The notes below the pieces were generated by a model that was not told the DNA's origin, did no database searches, and saw only the letters and a list, made by a program, of their open reading frames with translations. 64,000 nt of DNA from Acanthaster planci (taxonomy: Eukaryota): positions 1,039,452-1,103,451 of the forward strand of contig NW_019091361.1 in assembly GCF_001949145.1 (NCBI RefSeq), read 5' to 3'. A program made the translations under genes and the position numbers. Of the stretch, positions 48,901 through 62,233 are shown one piece after another. Position 1 is the stretch's first letter. Each line of letters begins with the position of its first letter.

Positions 48901-51490
48901 AGGATTCTAGGACTGCATCCGAATTCATATGTCTTTGAGCTAGGTTTAGGCCTTTGCACATTGTAAATATACGTTGACGACAGATGAAGCATATCTTTGG
49001 AAGCTCTAGGAAAATGATCCCCTAGCAGGTAATCAAAAATATTGCTAACTTTACTTTTTATTGGCAGGTCCAACGGCGGGCACCGCCATCAGCAAGACGG
49101 TTACAGCTGTTTTTCCCTTTGATGCCAACGTCTGTGATGTCACAAACCTTGTCTTTGTGTCCAACATTCAGACCAGCATACAGTCCAGCCTGCGGGAGGC
49201 AGACCTGTGCCAGAAGGGCGTGGCCCAGGCCTGCACGCCCGACAGCGTCCAGCCAAAATGCGGTGTCGTGGCATCCGGTGGTGCGGCACGCAAACGCAAG
49301 CGACAGGCTTTCACTGACCTGTCAGTGGACATTGTGGTCACGGCTCCGGCCGCGGACACGCAGGGATCGTCACTAAGTGACGTCCAGCAAGATGTGGATG
49401 ATCTAGCCACGAGCATCAAGGAGCTAGCCGACGGGGAGCGGCTATCACTGGTCATTGACCATCAAATGGTGTACAGTCTCAGCTCCGGAGTGTCAAATGA
49501 TTATGTATGGATATGTGCTGAGGGCTACAAGAGCACCACAGGTGGATGTGGTAAATATATTCACAGTATGGCATTACTCTAACATTGCTGATCTTTGTAG
49601 ACTTGTAAGTTTTTCTCAAATGCTGATGTGAGGGGTGCATTAAAGACTTCAACATGCCCTTGTTTCAGGCAAAACTGGACATACATGTACATGTACGTAT
49701 ACCTTGTGTTAAGGACCGACATAAATACATACATGTAATTTATACACGTATATGTACGCTTATTTGCTAACTAGAATATTTTACATTCATGTTGCACCCA
49801 ACATCAAAATTTAACATAACCACAACCTTGTAGCACTTAAGCATAAAGGTGCGTGCTTTGTAAAATATCTCACATAGATATTGCAGAGACAACTGCACTG
49901 TTTGAACCACAAATGTATGTACCATTTTTTTCCGCCTTCCATATAAGGAGAACTTTTAATCTTGAATTCTGTTTGAATTTGTGTGAATTGTAGTTCTCTG
50001 TCCAGCTGGGACCTACTTCAACACCACTTCACTAGAGTGCCTGCATTGTGAGCAGGGTTACTTCCAGTTTGAGAGTGGACAGACAGCATGCATCCAGTGT
50101 GCTACAGGACGATCCACCGATCAGAGAGGCAGTATCAGCAGACAGCAGTGTAAGTTCAACCCCTTCACGGCGGGGTTATTTTGACCGCGACTGCTGGGCT
50201 GCGGTATGCCCTGAATGGAGGGCTTTGCCCAGCAGCAGGCCCCATTGAACCAGCAGCTGCATGGTGAATAGACTGAATGTGTGGTAGGCACTAATCCTCA
50301 CGCAACGGTGCGATAGTAGCAGTCCTCAGTAGCGAAGGGGTTAATAGAGCGTTTGTGTTGTCCACGTCTTTGGCTTCACTTCATTATGTTCCCCAGTCAG
50401 TTTGAAATGTTTATTCACCGAGCCAGATGGAAGCAGAACTCTGGCCATGTTATCGGCCATGTTACCGGAGCTGTAGTAAGCAGAAGGGTTTTGAGTCAGG
50501 GTCTTAATTCGAGAAATTGATGCCTGAAGTTGAAATCCGAGGGGAAGCAAAGATGTGGAAAACTGCCTGTAGCATTTTGTCCATGTAGTTTCCTGATGAG
50601 AGCCCAGTGAAGGCACTTCCTCATTACTCGTGGCTCCTGCAAACAAGGGATTTATACCAGATTGTATTTGTAAAAGATTGTGTCTTTCGAAGGACATTGT
50701 AGGAAGGATATATATACAAGTTTTATTTTCAGATCAAAGTATGTGAATTTGGACAATTCTTGTCTGAATGAGAGTTGATGTTGTGTCTATCATATGATGT
50801 AGTAGAAAAGATACCACATTAAGTAAATACATTCCAGGAAGTCTAGAAATTAATTTTACTTCATTATGTTGAAGTAGGTCATTTTTTTCCCCAAAATGTT
50901 TTGTATTACCCCACACAGGTGTGTCCGTAGGTGAAACTGCAGCTTTCACTTGGTCCCCCTTCCTGGCATCCATGGTGGGTATCGCTGTGGCTTTCTTGGT
51001 TGTTCTCTTCATCGGCCTCCTCTGCATCTGTGTGTGTGTGCCCTCCACCCGGGACCGGCGCTATGCCAGAAACCGAGACCTGGACGGCTCGCTGTCCAAC
51101 CTCAAGTACCTGAACAAAGCCTATGAGGAGGAGTACACCAAGCGGCGGGCGGTGGGCATGCACCGCTTGACCACCAAACGGCAGAAGTCACCGAGCCGGG
51201 CCTCCACGGCCACGGGGTACATCACCATGTCTAGCAACAGCGGCAGCCGCCGCAATCAGGCCGACATGGTGTCCATCGACTCGGATGACTACCGTCGCGA
51301 CATCAGCGATGGGGAGGGGCGACAGGCCCATTTCAACAGGGGCCACACCATTGAGCGGGACTCGGGGATGTCGTACGGCCACGCCTCCACAGCCACGATG
51401 GGGAGTGGCGGGGGCGGGTTCCACTCTCCCTCAAAAATGTCAGCATCCAACACCCAGACAAGAAGAGAGCTACCAGATACAGGACTGTGA
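22362..51490 (+). CDS. Large type I membrane protein: signal peptide-Reeler-18xEGF-4xHYR-like-Sushi-furin-site domain-GCC2/GCC3 repeat-TM-cytoplasmic tail
   Basis: Reeler exons 22362-22578, 24393-24618, 24880-24941. EGF exons 28208-28315, 29089-29205, 30895-31011, 31840-31965, 32483-32596, 33116-33229, 34105-34217 (frameshifted), 34978-35088, 35336-35449, 36187-36300, 37401-37514, 38081-38203, 38907-39032, 39454-39567, 40104-40223, 40571-40684, 42336-42455, 43015-43128. HYR-like exons 43843-44112, 45703-45966, 47111-47389, 47849-48109. Sushi 48539-48733; furin-site domain 49068-49550; GCC repeat 49994-50149; TM and tail 50919-51490. All are GT-AG, and all junctions from the end of exon 3 onward are phase 1. 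Confidence 0.85.
24265..24352. repeat. 88-bp near-perfect hairpin just upstream of the exon 2 acceptor
   Basis: GCCGGGAAAAATCGAGTATATATGAACTAGCACATTTAACA…TGTTAACTATGCTAGTTCATATATGCTTGATTTTTCCCGGC gives a stem of about 41 bp with 4 non-Watson-Crick positions. Confidence 0.9.
27569..27624 (+). repeat. 28-bp direct tandem duplication
   Basis: TCAGATGCCGTYGTGCCAGTGGTTGGGC x2 with one mismatch. Confidence 0.9.
29478..30680 (-). mobile_element. 5'-truncated, degraded non-LTR retrotransposon (CR1/L2/Jockey-group RT) in an intron of the receptor gene
   Basis: The minus strand encodes [21 protein letters not shown]…HYADDTFL, then, after a frameshift, LNPVKCKFL…[16 protein letters not shown]…[21 protein letters not shown]…[10 protein letters not shown]. 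The 3' end has AATAAA followed by (ATT)n near 29478-29496. Stops and frameshifts are present. Confidence 0.9.
31243..31666. mobile_element. Non-autonomous piggyBac-like element (TTAA-CCCCTT…AAGGGG-TTAA)
   Basis: TTAA at 31243-31246 and 31663-31666 flanks the inverted ends CCCCTT and AAGGGG. The interior is GC-richer than the host intron and non-coding. Confidence 0.6.
33265..33515. mobile_element. MITE with about 60-bp imperfect TIRs
   Basis: Left end TGGTTAATTCCACAACTTAGGGGTC…GTGTCCCTGTCACATCTGAC; right end GTCAGATGTAACAGGGACAC…GACCCCTAATTTCTGGAATTACCC. Confidence 0.75.
34105..34217 (+). pseudogene. EGF exon 7 with a 1-bp deletion (pseudo-exon, null allele or assembly error)
   Basis: The exon is 113 nt, whereas paralogous exons are 114 nt. 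TGT C-G AAC replaces TGT CTG/CAG AAC, and the shifted frame reaches TGA. Both splice sites are intact. Confidence 0.75.
37120..37305. repeat. Degenerate palindromic (foldback) interspersed repeat
   Basis: GTGTAGTGGTAAGAATAATGTCAAGAGGTGACAG…ATGTTCCATTCCA is inversely repeated as TGGAATGGACCATTTTGTCTGTCACCTCATGAAAATATTTCTTTCCATTGCAC. Confidence 0.7.
40944..41792 (+). repeat. 31-bp minisatellite spanning an assembly gap, with higher-order structure
   Basis: The unit CTGAAATAGGAGCAAGGCAAAATGTGCCACA occurs at period 31 (for example 41640 and 41671). A variant block CTGGGACCAAGG…GCAACACTGAAATAGGATCAAGG recurs at 41521 and 41733. The gap covers 40964-41516. Confidence 0.95.
44842..45207. mobile_element. 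MITE with long (about 140 bp) imperfect TIRs
   Basis: AATAAGCATTTTGCGAGTTAA…CACTGTTGCTATACCTCGTGATTCGGGGTAAGCTTTTGC is inverted in GCAAAAGCTTGCCCCGAATCACAAGGTATAGCAACAGTG…TTAACTTGCAAATGGCTTATT. Confidence 0.85.
46515..46579 (+). repeat. 21-bp tandem repeat x3
   Basis: AAAGACCATACATGCCGGAGT occurs as three identical copies. Confidence 0.95.
50156..50344. mobile_element. Second piggyBac-like non-autonomous element, directly after the GCC exon donor
   Basis: TCAA-CCCCTTC…GAAGGGG-TTAA. It shares the CAGTCCTCAGT motif with the 13.1-kb palindrome. Confidence 0.5.
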
Positions 51491-52689
51491 GGCAACCTCA
51501 ACCAGGTCATGAGCAACACTCTCACAAAATGAGGATGACTGAGACGTGATGCGGCCAACCAAGTGGATGTACTTTTCAAAAGGCAACAGGAGATTCATAT
51601 TAGGATACCTACTGCTGGCAGAGAGGCTACATTCTTGTAAAAAAGTTCTAAATGTTTATCAGGAATGAGCCAGTTTAGTATTCTGACAGCGCATGCCCAG
51701 AATGAAGCATATGTCTGAGTTCATTCAGGAACAGCATTATGTGCACACCATAGTCTGCTCCCTCAGTCAGCTCTACGCCGACTCACACGTATACTTTGTT
51801 CTCGAATGACCTTGTCTTTTTGAAAAACCGAACTGGCTCATTGTGTTTACTTATATTATTATTTTCTGTGTGCAAAAGGTTTTGATGAATTTTTGCTGTC
51901 TCTGCAGAGACATTTTTCCCCCATTGTTTGATTTTTGGTTTTATATTTGTGCAATAAATTACAAATTTCATTGAGATCACAAATGGGGCACTGTTTAAAA
52001 GATGTATTTCCTTGTAAACTATTGTGAGTGAAGTCACATTTTTTATCCAATTTGTCCACTTGATAAATTGACTGAATAGTAAAAAAGATTAGTTTATGAG
52101 TTTTAGTCATGAGGTATTTTGCTTGTTTGTCCTACTTCTTGAAATGTTTATTGTATACTATGAACAATACCGTCGCATCTTGTGCAGTTGCATTAGCACT
52201 GTCATATGTTGTAAATGTGTGTTACTTTTCCATGCAAACTTAAGTTAGCTGCTAGCAGTTTCTCATGAACAAAATCAGTTAAATGGTGTAATAGGTGCAG
52301 TTTTTTCTCTTTCTTTGTAATTGATCCAACCCCCCACAAACCATTCACCGATTGCCAATTTTAGCATTCTGAAAGTTGCTAACTTCAACAATAAAAATTG
52401 CTAACTTCTTTAGCATCCTTGGCTAATCTAATCTTTGCCTCTGTGCTTAGTTTCATCATTAAGGGTACACCCAAGAAAATTATCTAACAATGGCTTATGT
52501 TAGCATTTGAATTTTCAAGCAATGGCATGTGCTCCAGTATCCTTTACAATTGTGTACAATGCCTTTTTAGGCAATTTTGTTTGCTTCAAATTAAAGGTGC
52601 ATGTATTTAATAAGTGCTGTTTAACATTCAGGTGACTCTGTGATTACAAAACCTCATACATGTTCATGGTGGAGAGCCTAATTCTCCCC

Positions 52690-53320
52690 AGCCCAATCAC
52701 CGTAATGTGTCAGCCTTTATTGTTGCTACCCGTCATGTGTTTTGCCAGGTCTGGGCACAGCTTACAGCCTTCTGGTTTGCTGCCATCAGATCTCCACGGC
52801 AGCATTGTTCCTGGAAGGGCATCTCAGAAGGTGTTCCATAGATTGGAGTGATGTGCCACAGTCAGTAATATTCTCATTATTTTCATCGTCGGTGTATCCC
52901 TTTCTCTTCATATTTGCCTTGAAGCGGCCCATTTCTGTGCGTAGTCTGTTGAGGGACTTCAGTGTTTTCCAGCCAAGCTCATGTCCAGGAGATAGCTTTT
53001 CTTTTGTAGGGAGGGGCCGTTTCTCAAGATGGTGGCTTTCCTCCCACAGTCTATGTCTAGCCACTTCTGGGGATTCCTTCGTGGTTCGACTGTGTGGAGA
53101 AAGCTCTTCCTTGACTTCAAGCGCTTGGGGGCTGGTTGGTGGGCATAGCTTGGATGACGGATGTCTCCAGTTTGCCTGAGGCGTTCTGTACTGCTGGCTA
53201 GTGTCCTTTGGACGTCAGGTGGAGCAATACCAGCCAGAACTTAAAGGCTGTCAACATTTGTTGACTTCAGGCGTCCAGTTACAGCTCAGCAGCAGTTGTT
53301 GAGTACAGGGTCAATTGTCA
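52690..53320 (-). mobile_element. 3' fragment of an RTE/RTEX-like non-LTR retrotransposon
   Basis: The minus strand reads IDPVLNNCC*AVTGRLKSTNVDSL*VLAGIAPPDVQR…RLKSRKSFL, then WKTLKSLNRLRTEMGRFKANMKRKGY…DCGTSLQSMEHLLRCP (C-terminal CCHC-type knuckle). AATAAA lies near 52716-52721. Internal stops are present. Confidence 0.85.
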
Positions 53321-56130
53321 GGGTTCATTGTCCTGATTGCCTGAAATCCATGTACATGTATGGTCATGATAAAATAGGATAGTAAATAGACTTTGCATCA
53401 GCAAGAATAGGACACGTGCACACTAAGGTGTGTGTGAATTGCAGAGACTAGTGCCTAGTCAGGCACTAGTTTGTGTACTTGAAAATATTGACTGGTACTA
53501 GCTGTGCCCTCACACAAGAAGAGTGAACAGCAACTCCAAAAATAACCTGAATCTATAGGGAATTTGAGAGCATTCATTTGATGATTGAATTGCTAATTTA
53601 TGATGCTACGAACAGTAAACTCTCAGGTTTCTACAGACAAGTCAGGTGATGATCTACGTCCCATGTGTTACACCTACATGTACAATACACCAATCATTTT
53701 TACATGTGGTGCTGCATCAATCTTGTACCTTAAAAACTGTTCTCTGTTCACAGTCTGTAATGGATGCCCACTTACAGGTAAGCACTGGCGACTCTGAGAC
53801 TAATCATATTCATCACTGAGATTGTTGCGCGGCACTCAGCAGTAAACTGACAAAACACTTGACAGTGAAGGGGGGGGGCTTATTCCAAGGTACTTTAATG
53901 TAAATATGGGGAGGGGGACACCCCCCATGATGTCCGTACTTCTAGCACATATACATCTGTACATGTGGACTGTGATGCACAACCGAGTTCAGCCTGTGTG
54001 AAGTAACCGCGCTTTGGATCCTCTAAGAAAACTTGTCCTATGTTAACTCTGGCCTTGTAATTTAGCAAGGTGATATATCTTTCTTACCTACTCGAGGAGG
54101 ATGCATGCTCAGATTGCCTAGCGGGGTATAAAAGGTGCAAGAAGATTGCAATGAAAACATTTTAATAAATATCACGACAAACATCCTCCTCTCGGGATTG
54201 GATTTCAAGTTTATTCATTCAACATGTGGAACAACCGTTGTATATCAAATTATTGTGACCAACAACAAATGCCAACGGTACAAATAAAGGAGCATGAGGA
54301 ATGGTCATGCGTACTAATGGCAATGCCTTCTTTGCACCCAAGCAGACCGTCTTCCCATGGTGAACCAAACGCAGGACAAAAACCACGAAAACCAGTCGTC
54401 ACATTTTTTACAAACCCAAAGCTGCTGTTCAGTTAAGAAACTGATCTTTCAGAGTACCTCACTCTGCATCCTACCAGAGTGTATGTGGAAGGCTTACAAC
54501 ATTTTTGGTCTAATAATCCCAATTCCATTATTTTGTTTACTATTAAAAGACTAATTAAAAAAGTCAAATTGCTTTTAAACACGATTACACCTGTTTAAAC
54601 ACATGGTTCAATATGATGCTGTGAAATAATAACATGTACAATACTCGAACACATACAGTGCTCATACATGTGTACATGTATTTTCTGGAGTTTATCTTGA
54701 CAATTAAGTCTCTCCCATAATACTGAAATTCATTGGAAACAATAGTTTCTGAAAAATAATCGTAGGCGAGTCTCTGTTATTGTTGGCACTAGGCTAAAGC
54801 TCAACTACCTATATAAGCTCACCTACATCGTTTATCAATAGCCATTACGGCATTTGGAAATTACGGGCATCCAAATTTGACTTCATTTGAAAAATAAGGC
54901 ATGTAAGTGTCTTAGATTTACAAGATTTGCATAATTTGCATATTCAAAACAGGGGTGTCCAAAAAATGGCCTGCAGGGTGTTTAAAGACAACCAGTCACT
55001 CCATAGCTACAATCTTGCTCTACCCTTTCATGTCCATCCATTAACCCCCCCTCCCCCAGCATTCTACACAGGTAAACGGATTTTGTGAAGGGATTCTTTT
55101 TAAGTTCACAAGATAGAAGGGCTATGCTAAATATAATACCAGAGTGTGGGAAAAATTATGTTGCAATTGGAAAATTGAGGTGTTGGGGGATTTTAACAGC
55201 ACGGAGAAATCGTCAGGATGTTGTCGGCACTTTACTTGATTTTAAGCTGGGTCTGTCCAAGTCAAGATTTCAAATACATGTACATGTAGAAATCATTGGG
55301 TATTTAGTACAGTAAGAATCCTCCAGATGACGCATTTACATGCAATAGAGTCAACTCACCATAAGAAGATTGCTTGGACCAGCCAAATATAGTCTTGTTG
55401 AAACAAGAACCTTGTTATAACAATCAAAGGATAACATTTAGAAAAAGAGTTCAAGAAATTGAGACTTCAAAATGTCATTCTTGTAACAGCATTTTAACAG
55501 TTCTCTTTATACCAAGAGTTGACTTTACTACAGACAGGAGAAGCAAAGACGTATGTAAGTAATCACACTGGCTGGATGAACAATCCTAGGTTAGGCATCA
55601 CACTACACGGACGCGAGTGCTTGTCCTTTGCATGTTAATGATAAAGGCATCAAGCAATATGGCCAGTTCCCATATTTAGGGTTTGTTGGTTTATTTGTAA
55701 ACGATATGCAATAAATTGGGGAAGGACAGATCATTGCATCATTTGGGAGGATTGGAACACTCGGAATTTCAGCTAGAATTTGAGATTTGTACATACTGAC
55801 CAAGAGAACATGGCAAGTGATTCGTACATGTAGCTACATACAGAATATTTCAACATAAAATAACACCAAGCAATTTCAAGCCCCAAAAGAATAACAAAAC
55901 AATCTACTTCCAGCACAAGTTTTTTTGGGGTGAAAAGCACGCAATGCCGTCAGCATGACTTTAAAGTTGATACTTTTTTAGAATTTGGGCATTTCCATGG
56001 TTGTGAACAAAAAAAGGATAACTTCACTAATTGAAAATACAAGGGAAAAGAAAGGAAACTAAGTGTGCAGAATTCCCAGAGAAGAATTTTTTTTCTTTTG
56101 CAGCCACCAATCCTAGAGTAGGATCTTCCT

Positions 56131-59555
<3,425 letters not shown>

Positions 59556-60799
59556 GAATTGAAATATCCACGTTATATTTTGGAGCTGAGGTTATCGCCC
59601 GCGCGGATCGGAGCCAGCACGAGCCACGTCGACGGCCTCAGCACGATACCTAGACGCCACGGTTGGGACGAGCAAAACATTGTGAAAATGAAAAAATGTC
59701 ACCTAACTATATGCGAACCCTTTAACTCGGTGGAGGGTAATCCAAAGTCGTCTCGAATCAGTATTATATATTTTTTTATTCGGCAAAACATTTCTACATT
59801 ACACAAAAAGAAAGAGAAAAACGTAAAATACTAAACTTTCATACATAATTTATTTTATAAAGTATATTCAATAACAAAAACTATCAAATGTGATAGCAAC
59901 GAAATAACTCCCTTACAATTATCACTAAAGACGAGAAAGCTAAGCACTTGCTTCGTGCGGTACAATTTTTACACGTGGACTTCGCATCGCAACTTGCTGA
60001 CGATTATTTTGTGCGATAGGATTGGTCACTACTTTGTGTGCGATTGGGGAAGCACACAGGCCTTTCATATCATACTTAATTTGTCTTAAACTACATTTTG
60101 TTACAGAATTAATATCATTGGCTTTTCCTACACAAACAAATCAGGATCAGCTTAATTCGGTGTTCAGTGGTACACAAGGATTAGAATTTACAAAATATTA
60201 TTTTGTTATATCTATCTATATATATTATATCTATTTTGTTGCCAGCCGAGTTGGCCGGTAAAAAAACCAAATGCGGGACCAACATGTTTTTGCAGTATAC
60301 ATTTTTATAAACATTTTCATTGGATTACCAAGGTAAAATTCTGAGAAGAGTATTTCCCCGGGTAACTGTACGTTAGTAATCAATCTGCCCAAAATCACGA
60401 TAGGGCCACAAAAGTGCGTATAAATAGCCATAACAGCCTGAGGCAAAAAGTATGAATGACACGCTGAACATGTACAGGGGTGCGAAATTCGTAGTAACTT
60501 ATTCGCAGTTCCCCACTGATGTCTTGCAATAATTTTGACACCAATTTCTTGAAAATCGGAAATACCGTAACGTCTATTTCTAAGAGGCAAGAGCCGTCCT
60601 ACGTGCTCACGGTACGTTCGGGCCGACATACTAGTGGCAATAATTGAACCTCGAAGGAACTATACAAAAATTGACAGTCGGATTATATTGAATGAAAACT
60701 TCACATTATGCTGCATTTAAAATGAGAGTCTATAGCCAAATCCGACTACCAAAATTAGAGGTCATTACTACTGGGCAATCCTGTTCGCACCGTCGCAGG

Positions 60800-61481
60800 C
60801 GATTCGCGCGCGAGTCGTCCTTGACCAATAGGCAGTACATGCCATCAATTGCCGAATTCAGTGCGCGCTGTAGCTCAGGTTGAGACAGCCGCGTGAGTGT
60901 AGATGGCTCCTCTGAATGACGTCTCGTCGGATTTGTCTATGCATAATGAGTTTTGAAAAATGGCCATGGTGTTCCAAAAAAGCCCAGCTCTGTCGGGATT
61001 AAAATTCATTTGTAGTCTAGTAAGCTTACAGTTTATTTCGACGATTTCGACTTGCTTTTATGAATAAACCAAAGGACAGAAGAACCTGTCAGTCTATTAT
61101 GATAATATACCGTATCTTAGGATTCTGCAAATTCCCTTGTCAAGTAACCAGCTTGGCAGTCTCAAGTTCATCTGAAAGAAAACAATATATGTAGGAGTGA
61201 CACAGGAGATCGTTCGAAGTTAAAGGTCTGCATGCAAGGAACAGTTTTCAGATTATTTTTTGCTCCATATTTGATGTGTATACTTCAGCTGTCATGATGG
61301 GTTCGGTACAGATGGGATGATTTCTCGTCTCATCATCCAATCAAAACACAGCACAGATGCAAAGCCCTCCCAACTAGACTTACACCCATGACTTTCAACT
61401 GATTTCTCAATGTTCTGATTTTCTTAATTTTTTGCAGACAAATTGGCACAGGAATTATACATTCAACAAGAAACGAAGATG
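60800..61481 (+). other. Probable promoter and 5' exons of a gene transcribed divergently from PPIB; the remainder is not resolved in the window
   Basis: CpG-rich stretch with CCAAT (TTGACCAATAG, about 60821-60831) and TGACGT (about 60917). Donor CTA|GTAAGC at 61020. A clean 44-nt exon at 61438-61481 (TTTTTTGCAG|…AAGATG|GTAAGT) ends in an ATG. Confidence 0.45.
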
Positions 61482-62173
61482 GTAAGTTTGAACTGTTGGC
61501 AATTTAACTTATCGTTTCAATTTCAGTTTTTCTCGATCAAAACATTGCTTACAAAAGAGATCCTCATGTGAATGGTGCTATTTGGGTAAAAATGCTCAGT
61601 TAAAAATTATAAACAGCATTACATTCCATGCACAGGAAAATCGGATATATACATCCAGAAACTACTGGAACAATCTGTAAACTCATCATTTAGGCAAAAT
61701 GAAAACACTCTGTTTTGTTTTTATTAAGGTTTGAAGGGGAGAGGAAGGTTTTAGATTTTTTGCTCCAAGATGGCCGCCTGTAGCTTTAGCATTCACACTG
61801 GTCAGAAGCTTTTTAGTTCAGAATTGCTACCACCTTTTTCAGGTAATGTCATTCATGCATTATGCAGTATATGTTGAGGAGTCAAGGGTCAGCAGTGCCC
61901 TGGGCCTTATTAAAATTGTGCAGCCTGACACAAGTTCGATTTTATATGGCATGGGATGTCAAGATTAGTTAAGGCGTTATAACTTGCCCTTTAGAACACT
62001 CTGTTAATTCTTTTCGTGAGCACATGCGATATAACATAAATACCGTCGTGAGCAATTTTCATGGGTTTTTTATATGCACTAAAACTTTTCGTATCTCTTC
62101 TGAACCCCGGGAAGTAAGTGTAAAGAAAAACACGACGAAGCGCTGGCGCGCCGTCGCTTCGCCACTCGCGCTG

Positions 62174-62233
62174 GTCGTCGTCGTCTGCTGTCGTGGAGAT
62201 TTTGTCGTCGTCGTCTGCTGTCTTGGAGATTTT
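62174..62233 (+). repeat. 30-bp tandem duplication within a GC-rich repeat fragment
   Basis: GTCGTCGTCGTCTGCTGTCKTGGAGATTTT x2. Confidence 0.9.
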
